A program made the translations under genes and the position numbers. From an uncultured Bdellovibrio sp. (GTDB lineage: Bacteria; Bdellovibrionota; Bdellovibrionia; Bdellovibrionales; Bdellovibrionaceae): 64,000 bases of DNA. The notes below the pieces were generated by a model. It was not told the origin of the DNA. It ran no database searches and was given only the letters and a program-made list of their open reading frames with translations. Positions 38,318-48,851 of the stretch are shown in pieces. Every line of letters begins with the position of its first letter. Position 1 is the stretch's first letter. The stretch lies in the NCBI GenBank assembly GCA_963932905.1, contig CAWVRN010000006.1, forward strand, positions 32,001 through 96,000, read 5' to 3'.

Positions 38318-38842
38318 TTAGATCCCTTCCTTGTGGCGCTCTTCATCGTCAACATGCGATTGAATGCCACCTTTCAGAGATGGACGATACGCCAGATGAT
38401 TAATATCATAAGTAAAATTCGCTCCGCTTAAACCTGGAGTTTGCCATTCAGGCCCTAAACGAATCGCATCCACTGGACACGCTTCTTCGCAGTAACCGCA
38501 GAATACACAACGAAGAATATCGATTTCGTAGGCAATCGGAAACTTTTCAACTTTAGGATCCGGATTTTCATCCGCCGTAATTTTAATACATTCCGCCGGA
38601 CAGTTAGTCGCGCACAACATACATGCTGTGCAACGGATGTTACCATCTTTTTTAACTGTCAGGATGTGATTGCCTTTGAAACGCGCGCTGTACTCATACT
38701 TTTCTTCTGGGTAATTCAGCGTCACCATTTGTTTCTTCGATACGATATTCTTAAGCATGTGCTTAAGAGTGATTCCAAGTCCAGTTACGATCCCTGGAAG
38801 GTACCACTTGCTTGATTGTCCGGCTTTCTGAACAACGCTCAT
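38318..38842 (-). CDS. nuoI: NADH-quinone oxidoreductase subunit I
   Basis: TLNYPEEK and two 4Fe-4S motifs, CTACMLCATNCP and CVFCGYCEEACP. Confidence 0.96.
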   Translation of the reverse strand: MSVVQKAGQSSKWYLPGIVTGLGITLKHMLKNIVSKKQMVTLNYPEEKYEYSARFKGNHILTVKKDGNIRCTACMLCATNCPAECIKITADENPDPKVEKFPIAYEIDILRCVFCGYCEEACPVDAIRLGPEWQTPGLSGANFTYDINHLAYRPSLKGGIQSHVDDEERHKEGI

Positions 38843-40428
38843 AATGAACCTCGTTTAAACACGAATTCGTTTTTCTTTCTGTTCTCTAGCATAACTTGGT
38901 CTTGGCGACGTTTGTTTTCCAGGAATGCTGGTTTTTCAATTTGGGCCACTGGAACTGTTAAGTTTTTGCCCGACATTAAAATCGCTGTTTCCGTCAATGT
39001 TAATGCTTCGTGAACTACAGTTGTAGCGCGTTTGAATTTCTGTTCCAAACCCGCTGCATTGATAAATGTTCCTTCTTTTTCAACGAATGTTTTCAAAGGA
39101 ACGATAGAAACTTTAGTGTTATTTAAGTTCAATAAAGAATCTACTTTCGCAGAACCTAACCAAACTAAATGTTCTGCTTGCGCGAACAATTTAACGTGAG
39201 TTTCTAAATTATCAAATACCGCTTTGTTTTCAGGACCTGCAACGATCAATGTTTTGATCGATTTGTTTTTTAGTCCCGCTTCCAAATCACCCCAAACGCC
39301 TTTGATTTGGTGCTTTTCTAAAACTTGCAACAATCCTTTCGTATTAGGATTTTTATCACCGCGAAGTAATAAACCATCAAATGAATCGAATGATTCTTTG
39401 TTGTTTACCCAGTGGTAAATTTTAGTTACGCCAAATTCTTTTACCATTGAACTAACCATCGCTTCGTACTCTTCAACCGTATACTGGCCCGTTAGAACCA
39501 TAGCGACTTGGTCTTTTTTAGCTTTGATTTCTTTGTGAAGTTCTTTAGCTAAAGCGCCCGGCGCCATTTCTGTTTGTTCACCTTTTTGACGAACAATACC
39601 AGTTGTGAAACGAGAATCTTTGTTTAAGAACTTGTAGATGTCGCGACCTTCATCGCACATCCAGTGACCGTTTACTTTTTCATTGTAAACTGGTTTTACG
39701 CGGAAGAAGCCTTCTTTATTGAAGTACACTTTAACGTTACAGCCAGTTGAACAACCATTGCATACAGTTTCTGAATCTTTTAGATACCACACGCGCTGAC
39801 GGAAACGGAAATCTTTTGAAGTCAAAGCACCCACTGGGCAGATATCCACTGTATTTAATGAATATTTATTGTCTAACTTTTTACCTTCCACAGTACCGAT
39901 CTCTGAACGGTCACCGCGGTTGAAAATTCCGAGTTCATTTGTTTTAGAAACTTCGTCTGTGAATCGTACGCAACGTGAACACAAAATACAACGTTCAGAA
40001 TCTAGAACGACCGTTGGACCAAGATCCACCACTTTGTGTTTCTTAACTTTATGTTCTGCCATTTCTGGATCGTATTTACCGAATTCCATGTATTGCTCTT
40101 GCAGACCGCACTCTCCGGCTTGGTCACAGATAGGGCAATCCAAAGGATGGTTGATTAAATGGAAATCTAAAACCCATTTAACGCCATCTTTGATTTTGTC
40201 AGATTTATTAGAAACTTTCATACCTTCTGTCACAACCGTGTTACACGCGATTTGTGGACGAGGGTTGCCTTCGATATCACAGATACATAGACGGCAAACA
40301 CCGGCTACGCTTAATCCTGGGTGATAACAATAATGGGCGATAGGCTCTTCCGTCTTGTAGAAGGCCTCCATGATTGTTTGACCTTCTTTTACTTCGACTT
40401 CTTTTCCATTAATGGTGCATTTGGGCAT
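38839..40428 (-). CDS. nuoG: NADH-quinone oxidoreductase subunit G (short form)
   Basis: CYHPGLSVAGVCRLC, NHPLDCPICDQAGEC, RCILCSRCVRF and CNGCSTGC...C. Confidence 0.94.
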   Translation of the reverse strand: MPKCTINGKEVEVKEGQTIMEAFYKTEEPIAHYCYHPGLSVAGVCRLCICDIEGNPRPQIACNTVVTEGMKVSNKSDKIKDGVKWVLDFHLINHPLDCPICDQAGECGLQEQYMEFGKYDPEMAEHKVKKHKVVDLGPTVVLDSERCILCSRCVRFTDEVSKTNELGIFNRGDRSEIGTVEGKKLDNKYSLNTVDICPVGALTSKDFRFRQRVWYLKDSETVCNGCSTGCNVKVYFNKEGFFRVKPVYNEKVNGHWMCDEGRDIYKFLNKDSRFTTGIVRQKGEQTEMAPGALAKELHKEIKAKKDQVAMVLTGQYTVEEYEAMVSSMVKEFGVTKIYHWVNNKESFDSFDGLLLRGDKNPNTKGLLQVLEKHQIKGVWGDLEAGLKNKSIKTLIVAGPENKAVFDNLETHVKLFAQAEHLVWLGSAKVDSLLNLNNTKVSIVPLKTFVEKEGTFINAAGLEQKFKRATTVVHEALTLTETAILMSGKNLTVPVAQIEKPAFLENKRRQDQVMLENRKKNEFVFKRGSL

Positions 40429-41698
40429 AGAAGCTTCCTCTCACTTTTGAACGACCTTCACGTACGTAGAATTCAAATTCATCTCTAAATTTAGTCACGA
40501 AACTTAGCACTGGTAATGCTGCCGCATCAGAAAGAGCGCAGATGGTACGACCTTTCATGTTGTCCGCCACTTTGACTAATAGATCGATATCTTGCAAACG
40601 ACCTTTGCCTTCGAGGATTGAGTGAACGATTTTATTTAACCAGCCCGTACCTTCACGGCACGGAGTACACTGACCACATGATTCATGGTGATAGAAGTGC
40701 ATCAATACACCCAGCATATCGACCATACATTGTGAATCATCGATCACGATAACCGCGCCAGAACCAAGCATAGTTCCCATTTGCGCTAAACATTCGTAAT
40801 CAAGTGTTGCTTTCATGGCTTCTTCAGCTGTTAGAACCGGAGCTGATGATCCACCAGGAATAACCGCTTTTAACTTGCGACCTGGCTTCATACCGCCGCC
40901 TTCATTGTTGATCAAATCATTCAATGAATAGCCTAAGTTCACTTCATAGTTACCTGGTTTACGAACGTTACCACTTAATGAGAATAACTTCGTACCTGGT
41001 GATTTTTCAGTGCCGTATTTTTTGTAAGCCGCAGCACCGTCACGGATGATGTATTTAACGGCCGCTAACGTTTCTACGTTATTAACAATGGTTGGTTTTT
41101 GTAAATAGCCTTTTACCGCAGGGAAAGGTGGTTTTAACTTTGGCTGACCTTTTTGACCTTCTAAAGAAGAAATCAAACCAGTTTCCTCACCACAGATGTA
41201 GGCGCCCGCGCCGCGGTACACGTCCATATCGTGATCAAAACCAGAACCCATAATATTTTTACCCAGATAGCCGGCTTTGTAAGCCTCTTGTACGGCTTGT
41301 TCTAGAACTTCAACTGGGTAGTAATATTCACCGCGAACGTAGATGTAACTTTTCTTAGATCCCACCGCAAAAGCAGAAATAATCATACCTTCGATTAATT
41401 GGTGAGGAGCACGCTCCATCATCAAACGATCTTTAAATGTGCCCGGTTCACCTTCATCGGCGTTACATACTAGGTAACGAGGTTCATTATTTTTCGGCAA
41501 GAAACTCCATTTCATGCCAGTCGAAAAACCTGCGCCACCACGACCACGCAGGCCCGAAGCCTTCACATCGTCGATGATTTGCTGAGGTTGCATCTTCAAG
41601 GCTTTCGCTAAATTTACATAGCCACCGTGTTTTTTGTAGCCATCTAAAAAGCGAAATTCATCTAGATGATAAAATTCGGTAAGTAGTTTTGTTTCCAT
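40409..41698 (-). CDS. nuoF: NADH-quinone oxidoreductase subunit F
   Basis: GLRGRGGAGF, NADEGEPGTFKDR, GAGAYICGEETGL and ESCGQCTPCREG. Confidence 0.97.
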   Translation of the reverse strand: METKLLTEFYHLDEFRFLDGYKKHGGYVNLAKALKMQPQQIIDDVKASGLRGRGGAGFSTGMKWSFLPKNNEPRYLVCNADEGEPGTFKDRLMMERAPHQLIEGMIISAFAVGSKKSYIYVRGEYYYPVEVLEQAVQEAYKAGYLGKNIMGSGFDHDMDVYRGAGAYICGEETGLISSLEGQKGQPKLKPPFPAVKGYLQKPTIVNNVETLAAVKYIIRDGAAAYKKYGTEKSPGTKLFSLSGNVRKPGNYEVNLGYSLNDLINNEGGGMKPGRKLKAVIPGGSSAPVLTAEEAMKATLDYECLAQMGTMLGSGAVIVIDDSQCMVDMLGVLMHFYHHESCGQCTPCREGTGWLNKIVHSILEGKGRLQDIDLLVKVADNMKGRTICALSDAAALPVLSFVTKFRDEFEFYVREGRSKVRGSFYAQMHH

Positions 41699-41710
41699 TA
41701 TTTCACCCTT

Positions 41711-42205
41711 CTACTTCATTCCGCGCAGAATGTTCATTGCAGATTCTGGAGTTAAACTTTCATAGTATTTTTCATTCACTTGCATCATCGGCGCTGTTCC
41801 ACATGAACCAAGGCATTCCACGCGTGAAACAGTAAAACGACCATCACCAGTCACTTCACCTAAATGCACACCTAATTCGTGGCAAATATGACTAGCCAGC
41901 TCACGCCCACCTTCAAGAGCACATGAAATATTAGTGCAGACTTGAACATGGTGTTTACCTACTGGAACTTGGTTGAACATAGTGTAGAATTTGAACACTT
42001 CATTGATTTTGCTCACCGGAATATCCATCACTTGTCCCAAGTGATGAATAACCGCAGTCGTGATAAAACCTTTGTTTTCTTTCTGCGCGATATAAAGAGA
42101 CGGAATAATGGCCGAGTCTTTGATTTCATAGCGAGCCAATTCTTTTTTGACGGCCGCTAAGCCTTCCGCAGATAGTTGAAATGTAGATTTCGCAGTTTCT
42201 AGCAT
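41711..42205 (-). CDS. nuoE: NADH-quinone oxidoreductase subunit E
   Basis: FYTMF, VCTNISC and ECLGSCGTAPMMQVN. Confidence 0.96.
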   Translation of the reverse strand: MLETAKSTFQLSAEGLAAVKKELARYEIKDSAIIPSLYIAQKENKGFITTAVIHHLGQVMDIPVSKINEVFKFYTMFNQVPVGKHHVQVCTNISCALEGGRELASHICHELGVHLGEVTGDGRFTVSRVECLGSCGTAPMMQVNEKYYESLTPESAMNILRGMK

Positions 42206-42225
42206 TGAGAATCCTTTTTAAATAA

Positions 42226-43908
42226 TTATCTATCTAATTCACCAGCGATAACGTTCATGCTGGCTACGGTTGCAATTGCGTCCGCTAACATCGTTCCCTT
42301 CACTACGGATGGGAATGATTGGTAGATCGCAAAGCATGGTGGTCTTACTTTCAAGCGGTATGGATTCGCAGAACCATCACTCACTAAATAAAAACCAAGC
42401 TCACCATTGGCAGCTTCTGTCGCATCGTAAACTTCACCAACCGGTGGACGTAAACCTTTGATCACAAGCATGAAGTGATTCATCAAGCCTTCGATATTTC
42501 CGTACACGTCTTTCTTTTCAGGAAGAACGATACCTTTATCGCGAACTGTGTAATCACCACCTGGAACATTTTTGCAAACTTGCTCAATGATGCGGATACT
42601 TTGCTTCATCTCTTCGATACGAACTAAATATCGGTCATAGATGTCGCCGTTTGTACCAACTGGTACGTCGAAATTTAAACCGTCGTAGCCGTAGTAAGGC
42701 GACGTTTTACGTAAATCTAAATTCACGCCGCAGGCTCTTAATAAAGGACCTGTGTAACCCCAAGAAATGGCTTCTGCCGCTGATACAGGAGCCACGCCCT
42801 GAGTCCGTTTGATAAATATTTTATTAGAGATAAATAATTTATCGATTTCATCCACGGCCGCGCGCATTTCTTTACAGAAAGCCATGACTTCGTCGAACCA
42901 ACCATCTGGCGCATCTTGAGCCATACCACCGATACGAGTCATCGACACAGTTAAACGAGCACCGCAAAGGCGTTCAAATAGTGTGTAAACTTTTTCACGG
43001 TATGTAAACAAGTGGAAGAAGGCCGTTAAGGCGCCCAAATCCACGCCACCGGTACCAACTGAAATAATATGATCGATGATACGAGATAGTTCGCAAAGGA
43101 TCACGCGCATCGCTTGCGCTTTGGGCGGAATTTCAATTCCTAAAAGCCGCTCAACTGTTTTGCAGTAACCCACGTTATTCATCGGAGCTGAACAATAGTT
43201 CAAACGATCCGTGTAAGGGATTACTTGATTGTATGGATGAGTTTCCGCCATTTTTTCAAAACAACGGTGCAGATAGCCGATTTCGCAGCTGGCGCGAACA
43301 ATCGTTTCACCATCCAGTTCCGCCATCACACGCAACGTTCCATGCATCGCTGGATGTGACGGACCAATGTTGATTGGGACTAGGTTTTCATTCAGAACAT
43401 CACCACGCTCTTCACCTTCATTGTCAAAATGTACTGGTAATACATCTGTGCAATGTTGCTGACGATCGGCTTCGTAATCTTTACGAAGTGGATGACCTTG
43501 AAATTGGTGATGAGTTAAAATTTTTCTTAAATTCGGATGACCTTGGAAACGGATGCCGTACATGTCGTAAGCTTCACGTTCAAACCAGTCAGCACCTTTC
43601 CAAACTTTGGTTGCCGTTTCTACATGTTCCCCATCAGCTAACTGAGTTTTCACACGCAGACGGCGGCCATCACGAGACGAAAACAAAGCGTACACAACAT
43701 CAAAACGTTTTTCACGGTTTGGATAATCCACTCCGCAAACGTCCATCAAAAAATCAAATTTTTGATTTACTTTTAGGTGGCGAAGAACCGGGATCACGTC
43801 TTCTTTTGGAATTTCTAAAACATCATCACCCACCGCATGCGTAAAGCGATATTGATTAGTGTTGAAGTGTTTATCTAAATCACTTTTTAATTCGTCAATG
43901 CGATTCAT
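42226..43908 (-). CDS. nuoCD: NADH-quinone oxidoreductase fused subunit C/D
   Basis: NuoC motifs [11 protein letters not shown] and GHPLRKDY, fused to NuoD motifs [18 protein letters not shown] and GELDR. Confidence 0.96.
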   Translation of the reverse strand: MNRIDELKSDLDKHFNTNQYRFTHAVGDDVLEIPKEDVIPVLRHLKVNQKFDFLMDVCGVDYPNREKRFDVVYALFSSRDGRRLRVKTQLADGEHVETATKVWKGADWFEREAYDMYGIRFQGHPNLRKILTHHQFQGHPLRKDYEADRQQHCTDVLPVHFDNEGEERGDVLNENLVPINIGPSHPAMHGTLRVMAELDGETIVRASCEIGYLHRCFEKMAETHPYNQVIPYTDRLNYCSAPMNNVGYCKTVERLLGIEIPPKAQAMRVILCELSRIIDHIISVGTGGVDLGALTAFFHLFTYREKVYTLFERLCGARLTVSMTRIGGMAQDAPDGWFDEVMAFCKEMRAAVDEIDKLFISNKIFIKRTQGVAPVSAAEAISWGYTGPLLRACGVNLDLRKTSPYYGYDGLNFDVPVGTNGDIYDRYLVRIEEMKQSIRIIEQVCKNVPGGDYTVRDKGIVLPEKKDVYGNIEGLMNHFMLVIKGLRPPVGEVYDATEAANGELGFYLVSDGSANPYRLKVRPPCFAIYQSFPSVVKGTMLADAIATVASMNVIAGELDR

Positions 43909-44447
43909 GTGTTTGATCCTGCTTGAATAAGATTGGCTTCGTAAGGATTTTTCCAGTTATCACGCCAAGGACGCGGTTGGTTGGTAGCAATCATACGTTG
44001 TAACAACATGATACCATCTAACACCGCTTCTGGAGTCGGAGGACAACCCGGAACGTAAACGTCAACAGGGATAACTTTGTCAGCACCTTGTAGTACGTGA
44101 TACGCGCGATAGAAACCGCCCGAGCTGGCACAGGCACCCATAGAAAGAACATATTTAGGCTCTAACATTTGTTCGTAAATACGAACTAAAATTGGTGCCA
44201 TTTTTTCAGTGATCGTACCAGCAACAAGAAGCAAGTCCGCTTGACGTGGGCTGAAACGAACAACCTCCGCACCGAAGCGAGCTAAGTCATAACGTGGACC
44301 CATCACACTCATTAATTCAATACCGCAACACGCAGTACCGTATGGCAGTGGCCACAACGCATTTTTTCTACCCCAGGCAACGATCGCATCCAATTTGGTT
44401 GTGAACGCAAAAGAACGTGACATTTCGTCAATACTTTTATCGGCCAT
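43905..44447 (-). CDS. nuoB: NADH-quinone oxidoreductase subunit B
   Basis: [19 protein letters not shown] and PGCPPTPE. Confidence 0.97.
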   Translation of the reverse strand: MADKSIDEMSRSFAFTTKLDAIVAWGRKNALWPLPYGTACCGIELMSVMGPRYDLARFGAEVVRFSPRQADLLLVAGTITEKMAPILVRIYEQMLEPKYVLSMGACASSGGFYRAYHVLQGADKVIPVDVYVPGCPPTPEAVLDGIMLLQRMIATNQPRPWRDNWKNPYEANLIQAGSNT

Positions 44448-44761
44448 ATTTTCACCTCGTTTTCATCTAGACATTTAATTGGTACTTTATATTTACTGGC
44501 CTGACAACCGTATAATTTCACAGAAGTTCATTTGTAAAACTGCAGGCTTAGCTGCAGAAAAACCGTTTGAAAAATGGCGATGAAAATCGCTCTCAATTCG
44601 AAAGCAAAAATGCTAAAAAAATTCGCATTTGCTGATTTTTTTCGCAGAAACTCTTAGACAAACGCGCGTATTCGAACTTTAATGGTACTCGACTTTGATC
44701 TTAAAGCAAAAACTTCGAAAACATGGGTGTCTTCGAAAAGGTCAAAACACAAGGAGGGTTC

Positions 44762-46231
44762 ATGAAAGCTCTATTTATTTTAGCAGCTGTCGCACTGGCT
44801 ATACCTAGTTTCTCGCAAACTGTGGAAAGCAAACAAGTTAATTATCTAGTAAAATTCAAATCGACGCGCGATCTACAAAACGCGATGAAAAAGTCGGTTA
44901 TGTCGGGTACCAAAGCAAGTGCTGAACAAAAGATAGAGGTCATCACGGAACAAATGGTTCTTGTGTCCGGCAAAAATGCCGCATCAGCTCCATTACTGAA
45001 AAATCAAAACGTGGAATACGTTCAGCCCGACTATGAATTGGGATTAATTGAAACCTTCAAGGCAGACGACAAAGACCAAAAAGCTCAAGTTATGGACTAC
45101 TTGATAAAAAACCCGCAGCTTTTGGGAAAAGCTAAAGGTGACAATCCCATCATACCTCAATCGCCAAATTCTCGCACGTCTCGCGATCCATTAATTAACA
45201 AACAATGGGGCATGCTTGATATGGGCGCGGCCCAAGTGTGGCCAGTGGCTAAAAACAATAAAACAGTTGTTGTCGCGGTAATCGATTCCGGTGTTGACTA
45301 CACTCACCCTGATTTAGTGGCCAACATGTGGCGCAATCCGGGCGAAACAGGCAAAGACGCTCAAGGCCGAGACAAATCGCAAAATAAAATCGATGACGAC
45401 GGAAACGGTTATGTTGATGACGTAGTCGGTTACGATTTTGCTGCCAACGATTCACTTCCTTACGATAAAGCGGTTGCCCCATGGCAATTACTTTTAGGTG
45501 GTGGCAATCCTGGTCATGGCACTCACTGTGCGGGCAACATCGCGGCTCGTGGAAACAATGGTTTAGGTATTTCCGGCGTGGCTCCGAATGCCCAAATCAT
45601 GGCGCTTCGATTTATCTCTGAAAAGGGCACAGGCGTGACTTCGGCGGCCATCAAAGCGATTCGCTATGCTGTGGATAACGGCGCTAAAGTTTTGAATAAT
45701 TCTTGGGGTTCAATGGGTGAAGATCCAAGCGAACCAACTGAAAACAAAGCTCTTCGTGAAGCAATTCAGTACGCTGAATCTAAAGGTGCATTGTTCGTAG
45801 TGGCCGCTGGTAACGGTTTCCGCGGCAAAGGATATGACAACGATACAGCAGCACGTCCGGCGTATCCAGCCAGCTATCCTTACTCGAACATCATCAGCGT
45901 TGCGGCGATTGACGTGAATAATCAACTAGGCAAATTCTCGAACTACGGTGTTAAATCAGTTCACATCGGCGCACCGGGCGTGAAAATTTACAGCACAGTC
46001 GTTGGCGGAAAATATTCAGATCAACCCATTCCACTCTTAGCAGTTTGGGAAGGCACAAGTATGGCGGCTCCGCATGTCGCGGGCGCGGCGGCTTTGTACT
46101 GGGCCCAAAATCCAGACAAAACAATGGCCGAAGTTAAAGCGGCTATTTTGAATTCAGCAGCACCAATTCCTGCTTTAAAAGGCAAGGTTTCTAGTGGTGG
46201 TAAGCTGAACCTTGTAAATTTGATGAAATAA
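44762..46231 (+). CDS. Secreted subtilisin-like S8 serine protease
   Basis: ATG at 44762 with GGAGG RBS, signal peptide and propeptide. Triad VIDSG, GHGTHCAG and GTSMAAPHV; oxyanion AAGN. Confidence 0.96.
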   Translation: MKALFILAAVALAIPSFSQTVESKQVNYLVKFKSTRDLQNAMKKSVMSGTKASAEQKIEVITEQMVLVSGKNAASAPLLKNQNVEYVQPDYELGLIETFKADDKDQKAQVMDYLIKNPQLLGKAKGDNPIIPQSPNSRTSRDPLINKQWGMLDMGAAQVWPVAKNNKTVVVAVIDSGVDYTHPDLVANMWRNPGETGKDAQGRDKSQNKIDDDGNGYVDDVVGYDFAANDSLPYDKAVAPWQLLLGGGNPGHGTHCAGNIAARGNNGLGISGVAPNAQIMALRFISEKGTGVTSAAIKAIRYAVDNGAKVLNNSWGSMGEDPSEPTENKALREAIQYAESKGALFVVAAGNGFRGKGYDNDTAARPAYPASYPYSNIISVAAIDVNNQLGKFSNYGVKSVHIGAPGVKIYSTVVGGKYSDQPIPLLAVWEGTSMAAPHVAGAAALYWAQNPDKTMAEVKAAILNSAAPIPALKGKVSSGGKLNLVNLMK

Positions 46232-46287
46232 TAACTATTACCAGCAATTGACCCGGGCACGACTTCGGTGGCGTTACCGTAGAAAAC

Positions 46288-46314
46288 AAGAGGCTACTTT
46301 CCTAGTAGCCTCTT
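46288..46314. terminator. Terminator-like hairpin between convergent genes
   Basis: AAGAGGCTACT-TTCCT-AGTAGCCTCTT. Confidence 0.75.
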
Positions 46315-46354
46315 TAGTTCGTTTAAATATGAATCTTTATCCGTAGATATTTAA

Positions 46355-47380
46355 TTACGGATTTCTAACTTTTACGTTTTTCTTCGATCCGATCGATCCC
46401 GACACCAACAAAATTCCTCGGAAATTTTCAATCTCTTTTACGTTTCCATCGACTTTCAAAATACCGCGGAAGTTTTTCACCGCCCCTAGATCACCTTTTA
46501 CTTCTAAAATTCCTCGGTAGTTTTCAATCATGCCAACACCGGCGCTCATGCAGCCTAATCCACGATAGTTTGATACGGATTCGATACTTTTTGAATCTAT
46601 CAATGATAATGCCCGCACGTTATTTACTTGTTTAATCGATTGTGCTCCGGCACGAATTAATAGACTGCGGATATTATCCAATTTCGAAATATTTTGGATA
46701 TTATTCAGAATCAACAAACCACGATGATTAACAACACTGACCTCGGCTTTGTTTTCTACCTTCAAAAATCCGCGAGTGTTTTCAAAACTAGATTTGTTTG
46801 AACCAGGCAGGATATTGAATTTAACTTTCAATAAGTCAGCACAGCTGACTTTCATACCTTTAATGTTACCATCGTCATCGGCATCGACGACATCATCCGT
46901 GTCTTTATCATCGCGATCATCGCAACTACCACCGTCTTTCGAGTCATCTTTTGGAGTTGACGCAACTGGAACATTTGGGTCCACCTTTGGAGGCGACGCA
47001 ACTGGAACATTTGGGTCCACCTTTGGAGGCGACGCAACTGGAACATTTGGGTCCACCTTTGGAGGCGACACAACTGGAACATTTGGGTCCACCTTTGGAG
47101 GCGACGCAACTGGAACATTTGGATCCACCTTTGGAGGCGACACAACTGGCGTAGCCGGGTCGTTGCCACCTACATTTGAGGGCGTATCCATAGGAAGATC
47201 AGCCGGAGGGTCTTGCACATCACTGACGTCTGAAATATCTACCAGATCAGTATTACCTCCCGCCAATTTACCTAAATCCTGAGACGCTAAGCTTATCTCC
47301 CCACTTTGACCACAGTTTTGAAATGAGACAACCAGCAAACCTGACAAAAACAAATACAAAATTTTGTGTTTCAAAGACAT
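46355..47380 (-). CDS. Lipoprotein with a Pro-rich 12-aa tandem-repeat stalk and C-terminal NxRG beta-solenoid-like repeats
   Basis: Likely ATG at 47380 and signal peptide ending VVSFQNC. V(A/V)SPPKVDPNVP occurs five times, then an acidic patch and repeated N-x-R-(G/S/A)-hydrophobic units. Confidence 0.75.
   Translation of the reverse strand: MSLKHKILYLFLSGLLVVSFQNCGQSGEISLASQDLGKLAGGNTDLVDISDVSDVQDPPADLPMDTPSNVGGNDPATPVVSPPKVDPNVPVASPPKVDPNVPVVSPPKVDPNVPVASPPKVDPNVPVASPPKVDPNVPVASTPKDDSKDGGSCDDRDDKDTDDVVDADDDGNIKGMKVSCADLLKVKFNILPGSNKSSFENTRGFLKVENKAEVSVVNHRGLLILNNIQNISKLDNIRSLLIRAGAQSIKQVNNVRALSLIDSKSIESVSNYRGLGCMSAGVGMIENYRGILEVKGDLGAVKNFRGILKVDGNVKEIENFRGILLVSGSIGSKKNVKVRNP
46959..47149. 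repeat. 36-bp coding tandem repeat, 5 copies plus a partial
   Basis: GAC(G/A)CAACTGGAACATTTGG(G/A)TCCACCTTTGGAGGC at 46959, 46995, 47031, 47067 and 47103. Confidence 0.97.
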
Positions 47381-47620
47381 TAAAACCCCCATACATTGGT
47401 AGGCTGCAAAGAAGGTACCGAACGATGAATCACTCAATTAGCTTCACCGTCAACAGACTTAACACTGGTAAAAACTTATACGTTTATTATTTTGAAACAC
47501 TCGGAAACAGCTAAGTATATTTACTTGCAGATTCGGAAACTTCAACGACAACATGGGAAGAGTTTAAGAACATAGTTTCCCCAAATGATATTTTTGCCCT
47601 TTTCTTAAGGGGCTCCATTT

Positions 47621-48787
47621 TTATTTATACGCCGGTAAGCCAGTGATGTATTCGCCCAGAACCAAACGGTGAATATCTTCTGTCCCCTCGTACGTATTAA
47701 CGCTTTCCAAATTTAACATATGGCGAGCACATTGATATTCGAATGTAATTCCACTGGCCCCCAAAATATCGCGAGTCATGCGCGCGTGCTTCAGTGCTTT
47801 AGAAACATTGTTCATTTTCGCCATCGAGATATGCTGGGGCGTACACTTGCCAGCATCTTTTAATCGACCGATCCTTAGCGCCAACGTCTGCGCTAGCGTG
47901 ATGTCGGTGAGCATCTCGACAAGCTTTGCTTGCACCAGCTGAAAACCACCGATCGGTTTATCAAATTGTATACGTGTTTTTGCGTAGTTAACGGCTTCAT
48001 CGTAACACGCCATCGACGCACCGATAACTCCCCAAGAAATACCAAAACGTGCGTTGTTCAGACATGCGAACGGGCCCTTTAATCCCTCAACATTTAATTT
48101 GTTGGTCGCTGGCACTCGACACTCTTCGAAAATCAATTCACTGGTAACCGATGCTTTTAAAGAAAACTTTTTCTCGATGTTTCTAACATTAAAACCCTTT
48201 AAATCGCGGTCGACAACCAACCCAATCACTTTGCCGCGTTCGTCACGCGCCCAAACGATGGCCAGCTGACTGATACCGCCGTTGGTGATCCACATTTTTG
48301 ATCCGTTGAGCACATATTCGCTGCCGTCTTTAATAGCAGTCGTTCGCATCCCCGCCGGATTGCTTCCAAAATCGGGCTCGGTTAAACCAAAGCAACCGAT
48401 CCATTCGCCTTTAGCCATTTTAGGCAGATATTTTCTCTTTAATTCTTCACTGCCGAATTCAGCAATTGGAAACATGCAAAGCGCGCCCTGTACGCTGACA
48501 AAAGAACGAATGCCACTATCCGCGCGCTCCAGTTCCTGCATGATCAAACCATAGGACGTATAATTGACTCCCGCGCAGCCATAACCTTGAATTGTAGAGC
48601 CCAACGTCCCCAACTCCGCCAATCCTGGGATCAAATCCTTAGGAAAAATGCCTTTCTCATAATCGTCGGCGATTCTAGGCATAATCTCTTTGTTAACGTA
48701 TTGACGGACAGTGTCTCGAATCAGAATTTCTTCGGATGACAATTCGCTATTTAAATCAAGAAAATCGACGGACTCAAAAGCTTTCAC
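47621..48787 (-). CDS. Acyl-CoA dehydrogenase, glutaryl-CoA dehydrogenase-like
   Basis: ELERADSGIRSFVSVQ, GCFGLTEPDFGSNP, LNGSKMWITN and NLESVNTYEGT, matching GcdH-type signatures. Confidence 0.88.
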   Translation of the reverse strand: MKAFESVDFLDLNSELSSEEILIRDTVRQYVNKEIMPRIADDYEKGIFPKDLIPGLAELGTLGSTIQGYGCAGVNYTSYGLIMQELERADSGIRSFVSVQGALCMFPIAEFGSEELKRKYLPKMAKGEWIGCFGLTEPDFGSNPAGMRTTAIKDGSEYVLNGSKMWITNGGISQLAIVWARDERGKVIGLVVDRDLKGFNVRNIEKKFSLKASVTSELIFEECRVPATNKLNVEGLKGPFACLNNARFGISWGVIGASMACYDEAVNYAKTRIQFDKPIGGFQLVQAKLVEMLTDITLAQTLALRIGRLKDAGKCTPQHISMAKMNNVSKALKHARMTRDILGASGITFEYQCARHMLNLESVNTYEGTEDIHRLVLGEYITGLPAYK

Positions 48788-48851
48788 TCTATGCTCCCTA
48801 GGTTAAAAATATCAGTTTTAGACGGACGGAAATCATGTTACGACTTTTCCC

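Noticed and set aside
39869..43844. Plus-strand ORFs of 150+ aa inside the nuo genes (39869..40324, 43374..43844)
   Set aside because: Antisense shadows of highly conserved, codon-biased genes.
46959..47149. 36-bp repeats as CRISPR
   Set aside because: No spacers. The repeat is in frame and encodes a 12-aa Pro-rich unit inside a lipoprotein.
46749..47282. Alternative-frame repeat ORFs (46749..47282 +, 46852..47169 -, 46951..47154 +)
   Set aside because: By-products of a stop-free 36-bp repeat. Only the lipoprotein frame has a signal peptide and flanking domains.
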